64,000 nucleotides of DNA from Vicugna vicugna (lineage: Eukaryota): contig MU057560.1 in NCBI GenBank assembly GCA_013265495.1, forward strand, positions 1,686,753-1,750,752. Reading direction: 5' to 3'. Below, in pieces: positions 25,400-39,475 of the stretch. The notes under the pieces were generated by a model. It saw only the letters and a list, made by a program, of their open reading frames with translations, did no database searches and had not been told where the DNA came from. The position numbers and the translations under genes were made by a program. Numbering within the stretch: the stretch's first letter is position 1; the number at the start of each line of letters is the position of its first letter.

Positions 25400-26190
25400 A
25401 ATACAACACAAGCAGTTACAGCTTAAAGGTAATAGCGGGATGGTCACGGAATGCAAAAACGAAATAAATAATCCAAGAAAAGGGAGAGAAAATGAGCAGA
25501 GGAGCCAAGCAAAACACACACACACAAAAAAAAAAAATTGGGGGAAAAAATGTAGCAAATAGCAAAATGGCAGATTTATTTAAAGCAACTATATAAACAA
25601 TTAGCTATAATATAAATATATTAAGTTCCAGTGAAAAGGCGTAAGTTGTCAGCACGAAAAGGTAAGAAGAACAACACGCAGCTGTGGCATCTGCTAAATA
25701 TGAAGACACAGACTGAAAGCAAAAGGTTAGAAGACAGCAAATTTCAATTGTGTGCACAAGGGAGCTCACGGAGGTGTATTAATATTAGACAGAATAGACC
25801 TCAAGGCGAGGAGACACAGAGAGGGAAGGAAAAGCCACAGTGAATAAAGGGAGACACATGTTCCCGAAGGCGACTGTTTCTAACAACAGAGCTTCAAAAT
25901 GCCTGAAGCAAATGCACCCGAACTAAATAGGAAAACAGAAAATCAACGTTAGAGTTGACGTTTACGGACTTCTTTGTTACGCGACGTTCGAGAACTGACA
26001 TAGCAGGTCTGCGATCGCAGGCGTCAGGGCCGGGCGTCTGTGGGCTGGTGACGGATCGGAACGGGCAGGAGGGAACCTTCTGCAGTAGTAGAAACAGCCT
26101 AAAATTATATCTGATTATGTGGATATATGTATATAAGTATATATTTGTCAAAACTCATCAAAGTGGACATTTGATTTTTACGAAAGGAAA
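25400..26190 (+). mobile_element. Old L1 fragments (ORF2 5' region and an L1M 3' end)
   Basis: aaatagcaaaatggcagattta..gtattaatattagacagaatagac..ctaacaacagagcttcaaaat; gagggaaccttctg..atatttgtcaaaactcatcaaa. Confidence 0.65.
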
Positions 26191-26227
26191 AGAGTAGACG
26201 TTATTATGTGCAAAGTGTGACAGAGTG

Positions 26228-26581
26228 GGTATTAGTCTGTGACAGCTACGGTAACAAATACCACAAGCCAAGGCCTTAAACAGCAGGAATTTATTTTCTC
26301 AGTTCTGGAAGCCAGGAGGCCAAGATCGGCACGTGGGTAGGGCTGGTCCATCCTGACTGTACACAGCCATCGGCACACAGCCGTCTTCTCCCCGCGTCCT
26401 CTGTGTGTGTCTTCATCCTGATCCCCTTTTCTTAACAGGACACTCGTCACAGCTTGGGACCCACATTAACGTCTTCCTTTTACCTTAACTGCCCCGTTAA
26501 AGGACCTGTTTCCACATTTGGAGGCACTGGAGATTGTGGCTCGACATAGGCATTCAGGGGGGCTCGATGCAACCTGTAGCA
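26228..26581 (-). mobile_element. MaLR solo LTR (MLT1A/B-like)
   Basis: gtattagtctgt..gtaacaaataccaca..ttaaacagcaggaatttattttctcagttctggaagccaggaggccaagatc..taccttaac..aaaggacctgtttcca. Confidence 0.8.
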
Positions 26582-29059
26582 ACCCATCCACACCATGATC
26601 CCAGAAGAACTCAGAAGAGGAGGACTTTATGATAACCCAGCTAAACTCACCAAAACTGCTGTGAGTCATGGTTTAAAAGAAAGCAACTTAAGTTAAGCAG
26701 AAATTGAGAAAATATTCTCCTGAAATAAACCCAAATACACATATTTTCCCTTAAATGGTTTTTGCTTTGTTTTGTTTTGCTTTATGGTAACTTTGGAAGC
26801 TGCAGGAATCTTCCCCAAACCCCATCGGTCTTTCTTATCCTGGCAGTGAGCTTGGCGGGTGTGGGTGTGAGGACTGTGGAGGCGGACCTGTGGGGAGATG
26901 TGGAAGCTGGCAGACTTGTCTGAGCAAATTAGAGGACGCCAGCCTGGGCATGTGGGGGCAGCCAGGACAGGAGTCGCCCCGAATGGCGGCTGTGTGGTCT
27001 TTCCGGGAGGGTGACCTTCCTTAGTAACCAAGCTCATTCACATGGCGGGTCCCAGGCTCACAGGCTTCCTCCAGAAGTTCTGCATGCAGATCGGAGAGGA
27101 TGATCGTTGCCGGCGTGGGAAAGTCGCGCTACGGACACAGGTCTGACCCCTGTACGATGTGGGGGCCAGACCACGTTTCCAGATTCACACTGCTTTCCAG
27201 CTGTTGCCTGGAAGACAGACAAAGGCTTTCTCTTTAACAGAATTAAGTTCATGAGGAGTATTCAGAAGGTGATACTGGGTGTAGTGTCGATGCCAGCAAG
27301 GACTCTTTATTTTTACCGTCTATAAACCTACACAGCACAGGTGTTCCGCAGCAGGAACCCTGGGCTGTAAATATTCAAGACTGCAGTGCTGAAATCTTGA
27401 GCCTTGCGACCAAATGCAGGCAGGCGAACGCTGCTGTGACTGCCGCAGACATGTTTCACGGCCATCATTCCAAGCCAGTAAACAGGTTTGCATGAAAGCG
27501 CATAATTTATTTAAATCAAGACACAGATCACCTTAAAAATGTTATCCCTTAAGAAATCCTTCCATTGAGAGTATTTCAGAAAACTCTGCCATCCCCAATT
27601 CTGTTCTCCCCAGCACGGCCCTTAAAATGAGTATCCCGTCCTCGCAGACACCACGTCGGGAAGACCGGCCCGTATCGCATGGGTCTCACTTGCTAAAAGG
27701 GTTGGGGGTCGGGAAAGTCGCACAATGACATATGAGGTGTGCCTGCATTTAGAAAATCTAATGATACTGGGGCTTAGCCATTAACCTTCAGAGAAGGAAA
27801 GCTGGGCTGGGCGCTTTCAGAATTAGTGAGGCCAATATTTCACCATGACATGCATTAGTAATGAATAATTAAATGTTTAATATAATGTTGCTTTGGTGAA
27901 AAATGATAATTTTACAGGCGATGGACCTTAAACCTATTCTATGTTGCTACGTGGCATTAAGATGAAGGGGTGGGTGCTGATGAAATAAATGCATTTCTGA
28001 TGGCTGAGCCGCAGCAATTCTGACGGTGAAAACCTTTTCAGAACCCCCCAGTGACCCTGCCGGGAGAATTCCATGAAAAATTTAAGAGGGAAATTTCAAC
28101 CTGGAACGAGCTCGCATCCCACACCAGCTTGCCTGAGGTCAAACAGTGCTTTTTCGATAATGCTGAGTTAATGTCACAGACATAACTCATTCAGCAAATG
28201 CAGACGGTACCACAGCCGGAAATGGAACTTTGGCTTTCCTTCAAATCCTGCTTTTATTAGGTGCTGGAGTTATTTGAAACAATTTAACAAACGCCTCTCT
28301 GCATAACTTCCTATTAAAAAACGTTTATTGTAAGAATGTTTCTTTCCTCCCAGTAAACACAGCTACCATCTGAGGGGTCCCTCCATCACCCAGACTGTCG
28401 CCAAGCAAGTCAGCCTGCGGACATGTCTCGTTCGCAGCAATGCCCTTGCCAAGAATGGCCACTACTTTCTGAAAAGAAGAATTACGTTTCAAAGATCATT
28501 TATTTCTTCCCAGTAGCATTTCCTCCAGTAGGGGGAAGAGTAATTCCTTTAATATGCAGGGAGCGCTAATTAGAATCTGTACTTTTATTCATTTGTTCTA
28601 ATTTTGTTGAAAAGTGCGAAAGTTCTGGAGAAAGGTTTAATTAGGGCAAGATGTAGAACAGAGACATGAAAAGTTAACGCCCAGGAGTCACACCAGAGCT
28701 TTCTACCTGAGGTCAATAAAAGCGTGCTAACTGTTTTCTTGGCATTTGTGAAACCGGGACTCCCAAGCCAGTGGACCTGAGCGCTATACCTTCCACCTGA
28801 GAAGTGGGCAACTTAACCTGTCAGAACCTGATCTTCAGGGAATCAACCCTCAGTGCCCAAATAGACACAACGTCACTGTCTCAGGGCATGAGTCCACAGG
28901 ACGTGTCCCCCGCAGCCTCCACTGTCACTTCCTCCCCGACCTCTTCCCCCAGATTTCACCCTGAGCAGATCAGCATGCAGGTGCCTGGCTGTGCCTGCCC
29001 AACCAGATACACTCAGGGAGCCTCAGGTCCCAGGTTCGGACTCAAAGACACATTTGACT

Positions 29060-29240
29060 ACACACTGAGCATTAACGTGCCCCGACCACAGGGCTGCGTA
29101 CAGTGCAGGACTCTTCTGTGCTGTAACCCTCACCACAACCCCATGAAATAGGTATAAATATGTCCCTCTTACAGATCATGAAATGAGACTCAAAGAAATG
29201 AGGGCATCTCCCCCAGAAGAGCCACACAGAGCTAGGGTCT
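29060..29240 (-). mobile_element. MIR
   Basis: aaccctcaccacaaccccatgaaataggta..ttacagatcatgaaatgagactcaaaga. Confidence 0.7.
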
Positions 29241-30649
29241 CAACCGGACGCGCCCGCCTCCACGCCTCGTACGCCACACCCAGCACCGCAGACCCCTCTA
29301 CACAAATGCCGCCCGCAGGACCAGCCAGACTGCTGACGCCAATGGCAATCAGCCCCCAAACGGAGGGCCTCATCCTTATCAGGAGCAGCAGAATTCGGCA
29401 GCAAAGACGACGGTCTAGAGAGCAGCTCTGCTGGACTCCGTTCTAGATCCACAAGGATGAACCCGTGTTAACTCGGCCAAATCCAGGGAACTTTTCTGCG
29501 CTCCCAACCCTTAGTCCCTAAAACAGCGACGGTTCTGCTTATTCTGCCATCTCCTGAAACAGTGAGATTCAAGCGAGATCAGGCCTGGGAACGGCTGGAA
29601 AGCCAGCGCTGTCAGAGGACCAGCATGACGATGACGGCCCTGCCCGAGAGAGCACGCACAGGTGCCTCCCTGGGGCGAGAGGACGCAGGTTCCCTGCAGG
29701 AATCTAGAGAGGGAGACAGTAACGTGAACCGAGGGGGGAAAACGAAACAAGCCCAACGGACCCTCTCAGGTAACGAGAGCATATTCTACACGCTCCATGC
29801 TGGCACCCAGACCCCGCCCTCCCCGGGTCCCCCGCAGAGTCTGCAGCATCTTTCCCTGCACACCCTGTGCCTGTCAGTGCCCAGAACTGGCCCTGCCCCG
29901 CGTGTGCCTCGCCCAGCACGCGGGGGGCATTCCGAGCTGGGCTTCCAAATCGTCTGCTTGCTATCTGGATTCTGAAAGAGCTAAAATATCAACTTTATTT
30001 TTAAATTGAAACCGAACATAAAATATTTACTCCCAGCAAGTAACTGTTGGAGCCACTGGAGAAAACACTCTGCTTTTAGAATCCAGACTGTGTTAGCCAC
30101 CTGGTTTCCATGAGTGCTTTTTCTTGGTCCTCATGACTGAACACAAAGAGCCATTCTTTGCGTCTTACGCATCAACCAGCAGCTCTGGTCATCAAGGCCA
30201 CGTTAATATTCCAGGCTCCTCCAGAACCCTTTGAAAGGGAGCTCACACCGAAGCGCTGCACTTTCCCCTGCAGAACCGTGGCCTGAGCGGTGCCCGTCCT
30301 GGGACTCTCCGCAGCCAGTAGGATTCCCGCGCCCAGCACCTCTCGGTGAGCACGGGTGTCCCCAGCTTGGGGCAGTTCATCTGGGTTCGTGGTTCCGCTC
30401 TGTTCTCCTGGACCACAGAGAAATAAATGTGGCCTTCTGGCCACCTCCCCTGGTGGATCTGCTTGGCTGATATGAAGGAGACAGCATTCGCTGCGCAGCT
30501 CATAGTGAGGATGATTCCAGGATCTAAGCGATGTTTGCGGTCACCGTGAGGTAATGCCGACTCAGCGGTATGGAAGGGGACCCGAGTTCGCACACTGGAG
30601 GCCTGTGAGCAGGCGAAGCAGTGGCCCTCCTGGACAGCCTTTCTAAGCC

Positions 30650-30965
30650 GTCGCGGAGCCCAAGGTTTTCCGCACGTAATTCTGGAGGACGGAAGCCCGA
30701 GATCAAGGTGCTAGCATATTTGGCCCCTGGGGAGGGCCCCCTCTTGGCTGGCAGACAGCAGCCTTCCCGCTGCGGCCTCACTTTCGGAGAGAACGGTCTC
30801 TCTCTCACCTTTCCCTATGAGGACACCAGGCCCCTCCTGGAGGCCCCACCCACACGGCGTCTTCTCACCCAAACCACCTCCCAGAGGCCCCACTCCCAGC
30901 ACCACCGCACTGGAGGCTGGAGTGTCAACATGCGAATTTGGGGGTGACACATTCGGTCCACAGCA
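30650..30965 (-). mobile_element. MaLR LTR (MLT1A0-like), followed by a MIR remnant to ~31070
   Basis: ttctggaggacggaagcccgagatcaaggtgctagca..cctcccagaggccccactcccagcaccaccgcactgg..tcaacatgcgaatttgggggtgacacattcggtccacagca. Confidence 0.85.
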
Positions 30966-32981
30966 CCCCGCCTGTGAAATGGAAACACAGTACCTTCCTC
31001 CTTGTGTTGTGCTAAAAACTGAAGCGTAAGGCACAGAGCAAAGCCCCAGATGTGTTGACTGTGTCATTATCAGTTTTCACTTGGGCCCCAAGTTGGATTT
31101 GACACTGATTTTGCACAAACATTTCTTACTGAAAACTGAGACTTTCCACCACATGCAGCTGAACCCAGCAGCAGCCCTATGACAAGTTTATGCTAACTTA
31201 CCACAACTGGGAAAAGTCAGGTAATATTAAAAAAAAAAAAAAAAACCTCAAAATAAGCCCTGGTCTTTATTTTAAGTGAAATGGGAGAAACGTCTGTCTT
31301 CAGTCTTTGCTCTTGTTCCCTTAAAGTTCTACTCACTTCTCTTAACATTTTGGTGGCATCGCTAGAACCGCAGAGCAGAAGCTGTGTCCTCGAAGGCAGG
31401 GAAAGCGCTGGCAGCTGGGGGCGTGCGGCTGAGACGTCGGGACCTGGGGGCAGAGTCCAGGCGAGAATCCGGCTCTCCGCCAGCTGCCCCATGAGCTCTC
31501 CTTTCGTTCTGTTTTTATCAACCGAGCTCAGTCTCTCCTGAACTTGAGTGCATTTTCCCCTTTGTCTTGTGTTTGCATGAAATGACCTCGATCCAAATCC
31601 ATTCAAGAGACAGACTTCAAAATATTATTTAGAAACACAAGGCTGGGGGCTTCATTAATCCAGATGATCATATAGCCCTTCCTCTGATGACCTGGAGGTT
31701 AAATATTTTGTTCCCAGTTTAAAATTGTTTCTGCAAGAAGCACACCTTTTGAGGATACCCACGTTGAACGTAAACTAGTGGTTACAGATCCCTGTAGGAA
31801 GTACTTTGTCTGCACGTGGATTTAAAAAAGAAAAACCTCTAAAACCCCTTTTGCCGGCTAATCTGCTTTTGAGTTGATAATTGTGTGCCTTTGAGGGTGA
31901 GATGGGATGGTGGCCACACCTTAACGGCTCAAGGTGAAGGTCATTATGTTCATGCCTTTATCCCCTTACTGCTCCCCGAACCTTCCCCCTAGTCCTGCTC
32001 TCACGTGGCCAGGCCTGTCGCAGGCTCCCACGGCCTGACCCGGGGGTCTGAGTGGCCCCCAGGCCTCCAAGGAAGAGCTCGGTAACACTGGGACCAGGTG
32101 TGTGCAGAAGTTCTTCTGCTCTCGGGGTCGCAGGTCGTGGGTCGGCTTAGTTTCTACTCAACAAAATACTCTTGCCTTCACCCAGGCCCCTTCAGAGCCT
32201 GGAATCTGGGGGTGAATGGATACCTCAAGGTGTCGCCATGACAGCAGGAGAGCCCAGCAGCCGCAGCACAAACGGCACTGGTGCTTTGGTTCAGTCCCGG
32301 CAGCGCCGTGAGTGAGGGTCAGAATGAGCCCCTCCTCCTGACGCGGGCTGCTGCACCTCCCAAGTGAACGTCCCCTCCCTGAAGACCTATTTGCATGGAT
32401 GTCGCTGGGAAAGTGCGGCCTCCCCTACATAAAATGCGCTGATGCGGGCTGGTCGTACATTCTCACAGTTTAACAACCCGTGACTAGAGCAGGGGGTTCT
32501 CGGTGTGGCTTCCGGGCTCCCCGCGCCCCATCACCCCCCCTCACTGCCCCCCCTGCAGGGCCTGGCCTGGCCTCTGCTCGCAGGGCCCTGCGCAGGCGGC
32601 AGACCCCGAGACCACACGCGGCTCGGGGCGGTTCTGAGACGACAAGAAGCCTTGCTCACACGCAGCGCCAGCCTTGGAAGGACTGACGGGTGCAAAGAGC
32701 TCTCCCGGCCCACAGCCTCCGGCCCCGTAAGTGAGGCCATTCAGGGCCACGTGTTTCCTTCCGCGCCCTCCCGCTCTCCTGACGCTAGAAAGTGTGGGGG
32801 GGTCCAGGTCGCCGTGGCCCAGCTGAGCTGAGCGCATACAATCAAATTAACAACAAGGCAGACCAGCTCTGCCCTTCCCTTCCCAGGAAAGCAAGTCATC
32901 CAGACGTGCAGCCGCGGTGCCCAGCCACCTGTCCCCTCGTGAGCCGCTGCAGCCTGAGGTCCACACACCCTCAGTCCCCGG

Positions 32982-33033
32982 CGATGACCAGTCCTGTAGC
33001 GATGACCAGCTCATGGTGGTGACCAGTCCTGTG
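32982..33033. repeat. Short tandem repeat, three ~18-bp units
   Basis: cgatgaccagtcctgtag / cgatgaccagctcatggt / ggtgaccagtcctgtgg. Confidence 0.7.
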
Positions 33034-36000
33034 GAGGACAAGGGAAGCGCCTGTGTGACTACAGGTCCTCCGACCCCAGCTGAGACCTGAGCACACAGAG
33101 AGAACTCAGCGAACACTTGTTTTTATGAAGAAAGCATGAATGAAAATCACCACGGGACCCTCGATTATCATCTGAACTGTGTCTCCTTTAACTCTGGGAC
33201 CTACTAGCATCTAAGCATCGGGGACCCTTTACATAACGGCTAACACTGAGGACCTCCCTGCACGTCACAACCCTGAGAAGGTGCTACTTGTCCCGCTTGG
33301 CGATGAGGGAAGTCCGGGTGGAGGAGGCCAGGCAACCAGCCCAGAGTGATCCAAACACAAAGCACAGGCCAGGAGGCAAACCAGAGGAAGGAAACCCAGG
33401 CGGTGATGCTAAGGTTCGGCTCTAAACGACTACGCTTCTGTTAACAATAGCCAAGACATGGGGACGACCTAACTGTCCGTCGACAGACAGAACCCAGGGT
33501 CAAATAAAAATGTGCGTGACATTGAACAGCTCAGGGACAAAGCACACTTCAGTGAGGGCCGCCTCGGGGGCGGTTTCCACCAGCCGGAAGGCGGCTTGCC
33601 ACCCCCTCTGCCACAACCCTTCACCTTCTTGAAGACTTAGCAGAAGGGCTAGACGACCTGATCTCCAGGGACCTCGTCTACGCCTGTGTTTTCACGTTGG
33701 CAGAGACTGAAGCCATGCAGTTCACTCATACTTTCAACAACAATCAGCCATTTATCTTTGAAACTAAGTCTTGACAACAGAACCGTGCTTTCCGGGAGGG
33801 CCCACGATTCCTGCCCCCACCTAACACGAGTGACCGTGTAGGAAGACAGCCCACTGCACAGTCTCGCCTCTGATCCCACAGAGGGACGTGGGGGTGCCGT
33901 CCACCTAGGACCCCGATAACCTCAGGAGAGGCGTCGCATCTCGGGAGCCAAGCCCCTCCTCAAACCCGTGGTGAGACAGCACGATGAAGACCCCAGACAG
34001 AGCTTCTGATGGTGGTGGGGGCCGCCGCGTCCCAGTGGGTGGGATGCTGCCCTCAGCTCAGGGGGCACCCAGGGCCCTCGGCCACGGCAGACCTTCTGGT
34101 TACACCGACGCGCCTTGAAAATCGACAGCATCGTTTACCGTATTTGCCAGGACAGGAAGAGAGCACTTAAAAGCTGACGTGTTTAGAAGACAAAGGAAAA
34201 CAGGCTTTCACGCAGCTGTCAGCCTCTGTCACAGCAACACTTCTTTCCCTGTCAACAAAAACGCGTCCCAAGAACATGATGTGGTGACACACATGGAGAA
34301 TGCCATGTGTCCCTGTGAGAGGCTCAGACAGAACCTGGAGTGCACAGAGGAGCCGGGAGGCTGGCGGGGAGGAACGCCCCGCTTCACACCGCCTCTCCTG
34401 CCTGTTCCCCCCGGAGGGCGCGGAGGGCCGCCTGGAGCAGCGCAGGGCCTGCAGGCGGCGTGGCCCAGGCTGGCGGGCAATGGGCCCATGAAAGCGTCAC
34501 CGCCCTTGGGCAAATGTCTTCAGTGTGTACTTGTGTCTGATGCGCTTTCTCGTCAGCGCAACACAAATTATGAAACGACAGGGGTGAGAACTCAGCAGTT
34601 ACCGAGCGCTCACCGCGCACCGGGGGCCACAGACGCGGCGAGTGACTAACCCTGAGGTGTGACAGCCGTCGAAGCGCCTGACTTTTCACAAAATTAAATA
34701 CCTTCTCCCTTTTGTAGGAAAGTGAATAAAAATGTTCCGAAGAGACTTACTCGCCACCACACCGGTTAATGGCTTAACTATTTTTTTTCCTTCATGGCCT
34801 TCGGGGCCCTGAACGGGCTGGCCTTCACAGCGAATGATGTTGAAATGGCAGCTCCAAATAGAGACGTTTTGTGAAAAAAATGCTGGGCTTCGGCAAGCCT
34901 GGGTTCAGCCCCAGATCCCTCTCTTACCCGCTGCTGACATCAGGGTGTGTCTTTCAGGACCCCCACTCCCTCGGCTGCTAGGAGAGAAGGGCGACCCCCA
35001 CGCCCTAGGCCCGCCTCTGCTGCCGACGGGCAGCGCCGGCCAGCGCCCAGGGCGGCTGCCCGCTGCCCCGGCCGCTGTCTGGCGTGCCGTCTGTGGCCTC
35101 GCTGTGCTCCCACGACCCGGGGCACACAGCAGACCCTGTCCCCGCCTCCCTGCGTGTGCCAGGTAGGCTGCGTGACTGGCTTCCCGCCACAGGGTGCGCA
35201 TGGAGATGTGTGCCTCTCCCAGACCTGGCTCGAGGACAGAGCGGCGGAGCCCCACCTCATGCCCTGCTCCTTCGCGCTCCGGGGAAGGAGGAAGGAAGAC
35301 GACCCAGGGAAGACAGTAAAGCACATGCTGAAGCCAGCAGGACACCCAGCAGCTGGGGTCCTGGAGGACCCCGCCCCCCGAGGAGGCGAGTGAGCAAGGA
35401 ATGAACATCCGTTGCGTCTGAGCCGTGGTATGTTGGCTTGTGGATGGCTTTCCCTCCCTGGGCTAAACGAGATCAGCTTTGTAAGACTTGCAGCAAATAG
35501 CTTGTGCTTAATACAGACCAGACAGCATGGTGCCCTCTCTTCCCCTGAGGACGCAGGCAGGCCCAGCCATCGAGATCAGAAAGGAGTGTGCGTGGAAGAG
35601 GACAGAGCACGGAGGGTCTAGGAGCCCATCCTTTCAGAGCGAAGCCCAGCTCCCGTGCTGGGCTTGGAGCGCCGCGGGGCCCAGGCGGGGGAGCTCCGGG
35701 CAAGGAGTGCGCGTACGTTGCCTGGAGCTGCGTGGAGGGCCTCCTGCTGGGAAAGGGCTGCAGCTGGGAAGACATGCTCTCCTGAAAGCCAAACCAGGAA
35801 GACAGTGGGAGAAGGGAACAGGTCACTGGAGCCGACCCCGGGGAGAGAGAGCCTGGCCGCCCGGAACGCTTGTCAGGACCAAAACCTGGGGACGAAGAGG
35901 GGCCTCGACCTCAGCCCCACCACTCTGGGGCCACTGCCGTGCACCCGGCGCTGCCGCCTGGCATTAACACGTGAGCACAGTCTCCTCCTCTGTGACTACA

Positions 36001-38230
36001 GCCCGACGTGAGAACAAACCACCCTGACACCCGGGTTGGGAGCCCCGTCCCGTCCACGCCGCCCCTCCCCGCCCCTCGCGTTGGCTCATTTGCACGCCCT
36101 CCTGGTGCGCATGCCCCCCTCTGGTTCACACTTTATAACTCCGCTATAAATATATTTCTTAAAGTGCCCTTAGGCCCTTTGCGGATAAGAATGGAAAACT
36201 AATAAAACAAAAACAAATTAAATATTTCTACGATTTGCTAAGAAGAGTGTATCTTGCTCAGCCCTCGGACTGCAGACCCACAGAAGCGCCCAGTAATTTT
36301 GCCTGTTTGGGTACCTTCCCAAGTCGCGTGTTTCCATCCCCAAGCACCTAGACTCTGTGCAGATACCACCTTGAACGTCAGAAAGTGGGTGGGGATGTGG
36401 GTTGAAGACGTGTGAGAACCAGTGGTTTTGAGAACGAGAGCTACAAAGTTCTGGGAATGGAAGAGCCAAAAGTAAATTCTCCACGTCCCAGATGGCAAGT
36501 CGCTTTCCTAGGACCGACATGGGAAAACTTAAACCAACCTACAGACTCCCCTCCTCACCCTTCTAGCTGCCACCTCAGCAATGGACCTGGGGAGACAGAA
36601 TCCAGCACAGCCGCAATTGTCTTGTAAAATGGTCAAGCCCCGTGACTCCGTGCAAAGTCACTTGTCAGTGCACACGGGGGCTAAGTCCTTCCTCCGATCC
36701 AAGTTGCCTTAAATCCACAAAAATACTCAGAAGCCAGATCTGTTCTGAGCTTTTATTGACACTGACACTGGCTTTTTATCTCGAGGTCATGACCTCAGGT
36801 TTATCTTGGCCGCTCTCACGGTGGGCTGCTTTGCAAGTAAATCATCATTAGTGCAGACAACAACGTGGCTACAAAAAACACAAACTGCTAAGCATTGCAG
36901 GAAAACAGGTACTTTGTCTGGTCAATGAAGAGGTGATCCACACAGAAATCCCTAATTTTCAGACAGCAGATTCCATTAGGAGTTGAAGCTGATTGGATGG
37001 CTGTGTTTTGGAGAAAGGGCGGCTTTCCTGGGGAAATGGTGGCCGATTCCAAGCTACAGCTTAGCGGACAAGTAAAGCTCTTGCTTTGTTCGATGAGTAC
37101 AAGCAGGGAGGCTGGCCGAGCGCTCACGTGTGTGGGACACGGGTGGCTCGGGTTCCTGAAAGGATACGGTTGGCTCAGGGGGAGTTGTTCCCCAATGCTT
37201 TAGTGAAGCAGTAATAATTTGTTTTATTATTTAGGAGTGTTTTCAAAAGTTATTAAAAGTGTATTAGTCACAGAAAAGAGACGGAACGTCACAGGCAGGT
37301 GTCCTGGAGACGTCCTCGTGGAACTCGGAAATAGTCAGACCTGGCATTTACAGCAGCACCTCTCTGCCTCTCACCACGTCAGGACACTGCTGTCACCGAC
37401 AAGGAGCCGAGTGCGCAGCGGACCCAGAGGCCTTCCTTCTCTCCCGGGCGGCTCAGCGCTCACGTGGAGCCTCTTGAGATGTTTCAGCACCGGAAGTGAC
37501 ATCCTCCCGCCTTCCCAAGGGATTGCAGACCCTGTCTCTCCTCCCAGAGGTTCTCAAATGAGACTCCACGGGGGCCGAGCTGAGTTCTCTCATCAAAGCC
37601 TAAGGAGTAAATAAATACAGGAATTGGGAAATGTTAAGTAAGAGCGATACACACTCCCAAAAGCTGACACGACGATTATGAAGGTTTTTATCAATAAGAA
37701 ATTTGCCGTTGAAAGTACGTGTCCAACCCAGTCTGTAGACACAGCTGGCACGACTGTACTGACACACTGAGGCAGCCTTGCCTCGCTGGGTCCGGCGGCC
37801 CCCAGGAGGAGCCCGTGCTCTAGCTGAGAACACTTAGAAAACAGATTCTGAAATCTTCAGTTCTCACCTGAACTCTGAGATGCATAATCAGTTTACCGTA
37901 GTTCCTCGATAATAAAGTAAGAGCCAGCAGGTTTTGAGAACTTGGGTTATAGAGCCCTAAGAGTCAGGAAGCTGACACTTAATTTCTTGTACTATCTCTG
38001 GTAGTGTGTCTCCTTCTTCTCCTACAAGCGACGTGGGAGGGCATAGCCGTAGGTGGTAAAACAGGGTTGCTGTTCGAGGTAAATTGGAAAGCAAACATTG
38101 ACTGTGCTTAACACGCACGCTTCTCGTCTGCACAGCTACAGCTACTTACTGTGAGCAGAAAGGAGTCAAATATTTACGTTTTCAGAGGAAAGATAGAATA
38201 GCATTTTCTGTGCTCCACAAAATTTTTTTC

Positions 38231-38601
38231 CGATATGATATCACTTATACGTGGAATCCAGAAAAAGAAAACAGACACTAATGAACGCATCTACAAAACA
38301 GAAACAGACTCACAGACATGGTAAACAATCTCACAGTTACCCGGGGAAAGCAGTGGGAAGGGATAAATTTGGAAGTTGAAGGTCTGCCAATACTACCTAC
38401 CGTATATAAAAATAGATAAAAAATGAATTTTTTCTGTACAGCACAGGAAACTATTTCAATACCTTGTAATAACCTTTAATAAAAAGAATATGAAAACGAA
38501 TGTATGTATGTACATGTATGACTGGGACATTACACTGTACACCAGAAATTAACACATTGTCACTGACTATACTTACATTTTTTTTATTTTAATAAATAAA
38601 T
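38231..38601 (+). mobile_element. Young 5'-truncated L1 3' UTR (camelid-type) with TSD
   Basis: tatgatatcacttatacgtggaatc..acaaaacagaaacagactcacagac..tgtacaccagaaattaacacattgt; TSD aatttttttc at 38221-38230 and 38604-38613. Confidence 0.9.
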
Positions 38602-38813
38602 AGAATTTTTTTCTGAACGCAGTATTATGTGTGTGCTTTCATCAGAATTATAGAGAGAAATGGTCCCCTGACACTGGGCTCTTGACTGGATCTTAACAAC
38701 TGACTTGTCTCCAACCCTCTTAGCCTGGTCCTCAGCGTCCCTTAGACCGTGAGATCGGGGAATCGGAAGCTAAAAGACAAGGCTTTGCAGGTTCGTGGGC
38801 TATTTCATTTTTT

Positions 38814-39475
38814 TACTGAAGTACAGTTGATGTACAATGTGTTGGTTTCTGGTGTACAGCACAGTGACTCAATATAAATATTTACTCTTTTTTCATATTC
38901 TTTTTATTATGGGTTGTTACAAGTTATTGAGTATAGTTCCCTGTGCGGTACAGCAAGTCCTTGTTTATCTTTCTACGTATAGTAGTCTGTACCTGCTAAT
39001 CCCATTTATCCCTCATCCCCTTCCCTCTTCAGTAACCATAAGTGTATTTTCTATGTCTGTGAGTTTGTAAATAAATTTATTTGTGTCATGTTTTTAGAGT
39101 CCACATAGAAGTGACATCATATGATATTTGTCTTTCTCTGACTTCACTTAGTGATAATCTCTAGGTCCATTCACGTTGCTGCAAATGCTTTTTCTTTTTT
39201 ATGGCTGAGTAGTATTCCACATCTTCTTTATCCAGTCATCTGTTGATGGGCAGTTAGGTTGCTTCTACATCTTGGCTGTTGTAAACAGTGCTGCTATGGA
39301 CACTGGGGAGGATGTATCTTTTCCAACTGGAGTTTTCTCCGGATCTATGCCCAGGAGTGGGATTGCTGGATCATATGCTAAGTCTATTTTTAGTTTTATA
39401 AGGAACCTCCATACTGTCTGCCGTAGTCAAGGCACCAAATTACATTCCCACCAACAGTGGTGGGTTCCCTTTTCT
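38814..39475 (-). mobile_element. Young 5'-truncated L1 with perfect 16-bp TSD
   Basis: TSD ggctatttcatttttt at 38798-38813 and 39476-39491; TT/AAAA endonuclease site on the minus strand; body homologous to the 11.2-11.6 kb copy. Confidence 0.95.

Noticed and set aside
37483..37499. REST/NRSE site
   Set aside because: Only the left half ttcagcacc is present; it is followed by an ETS-like ggaagtg rather than ggacag
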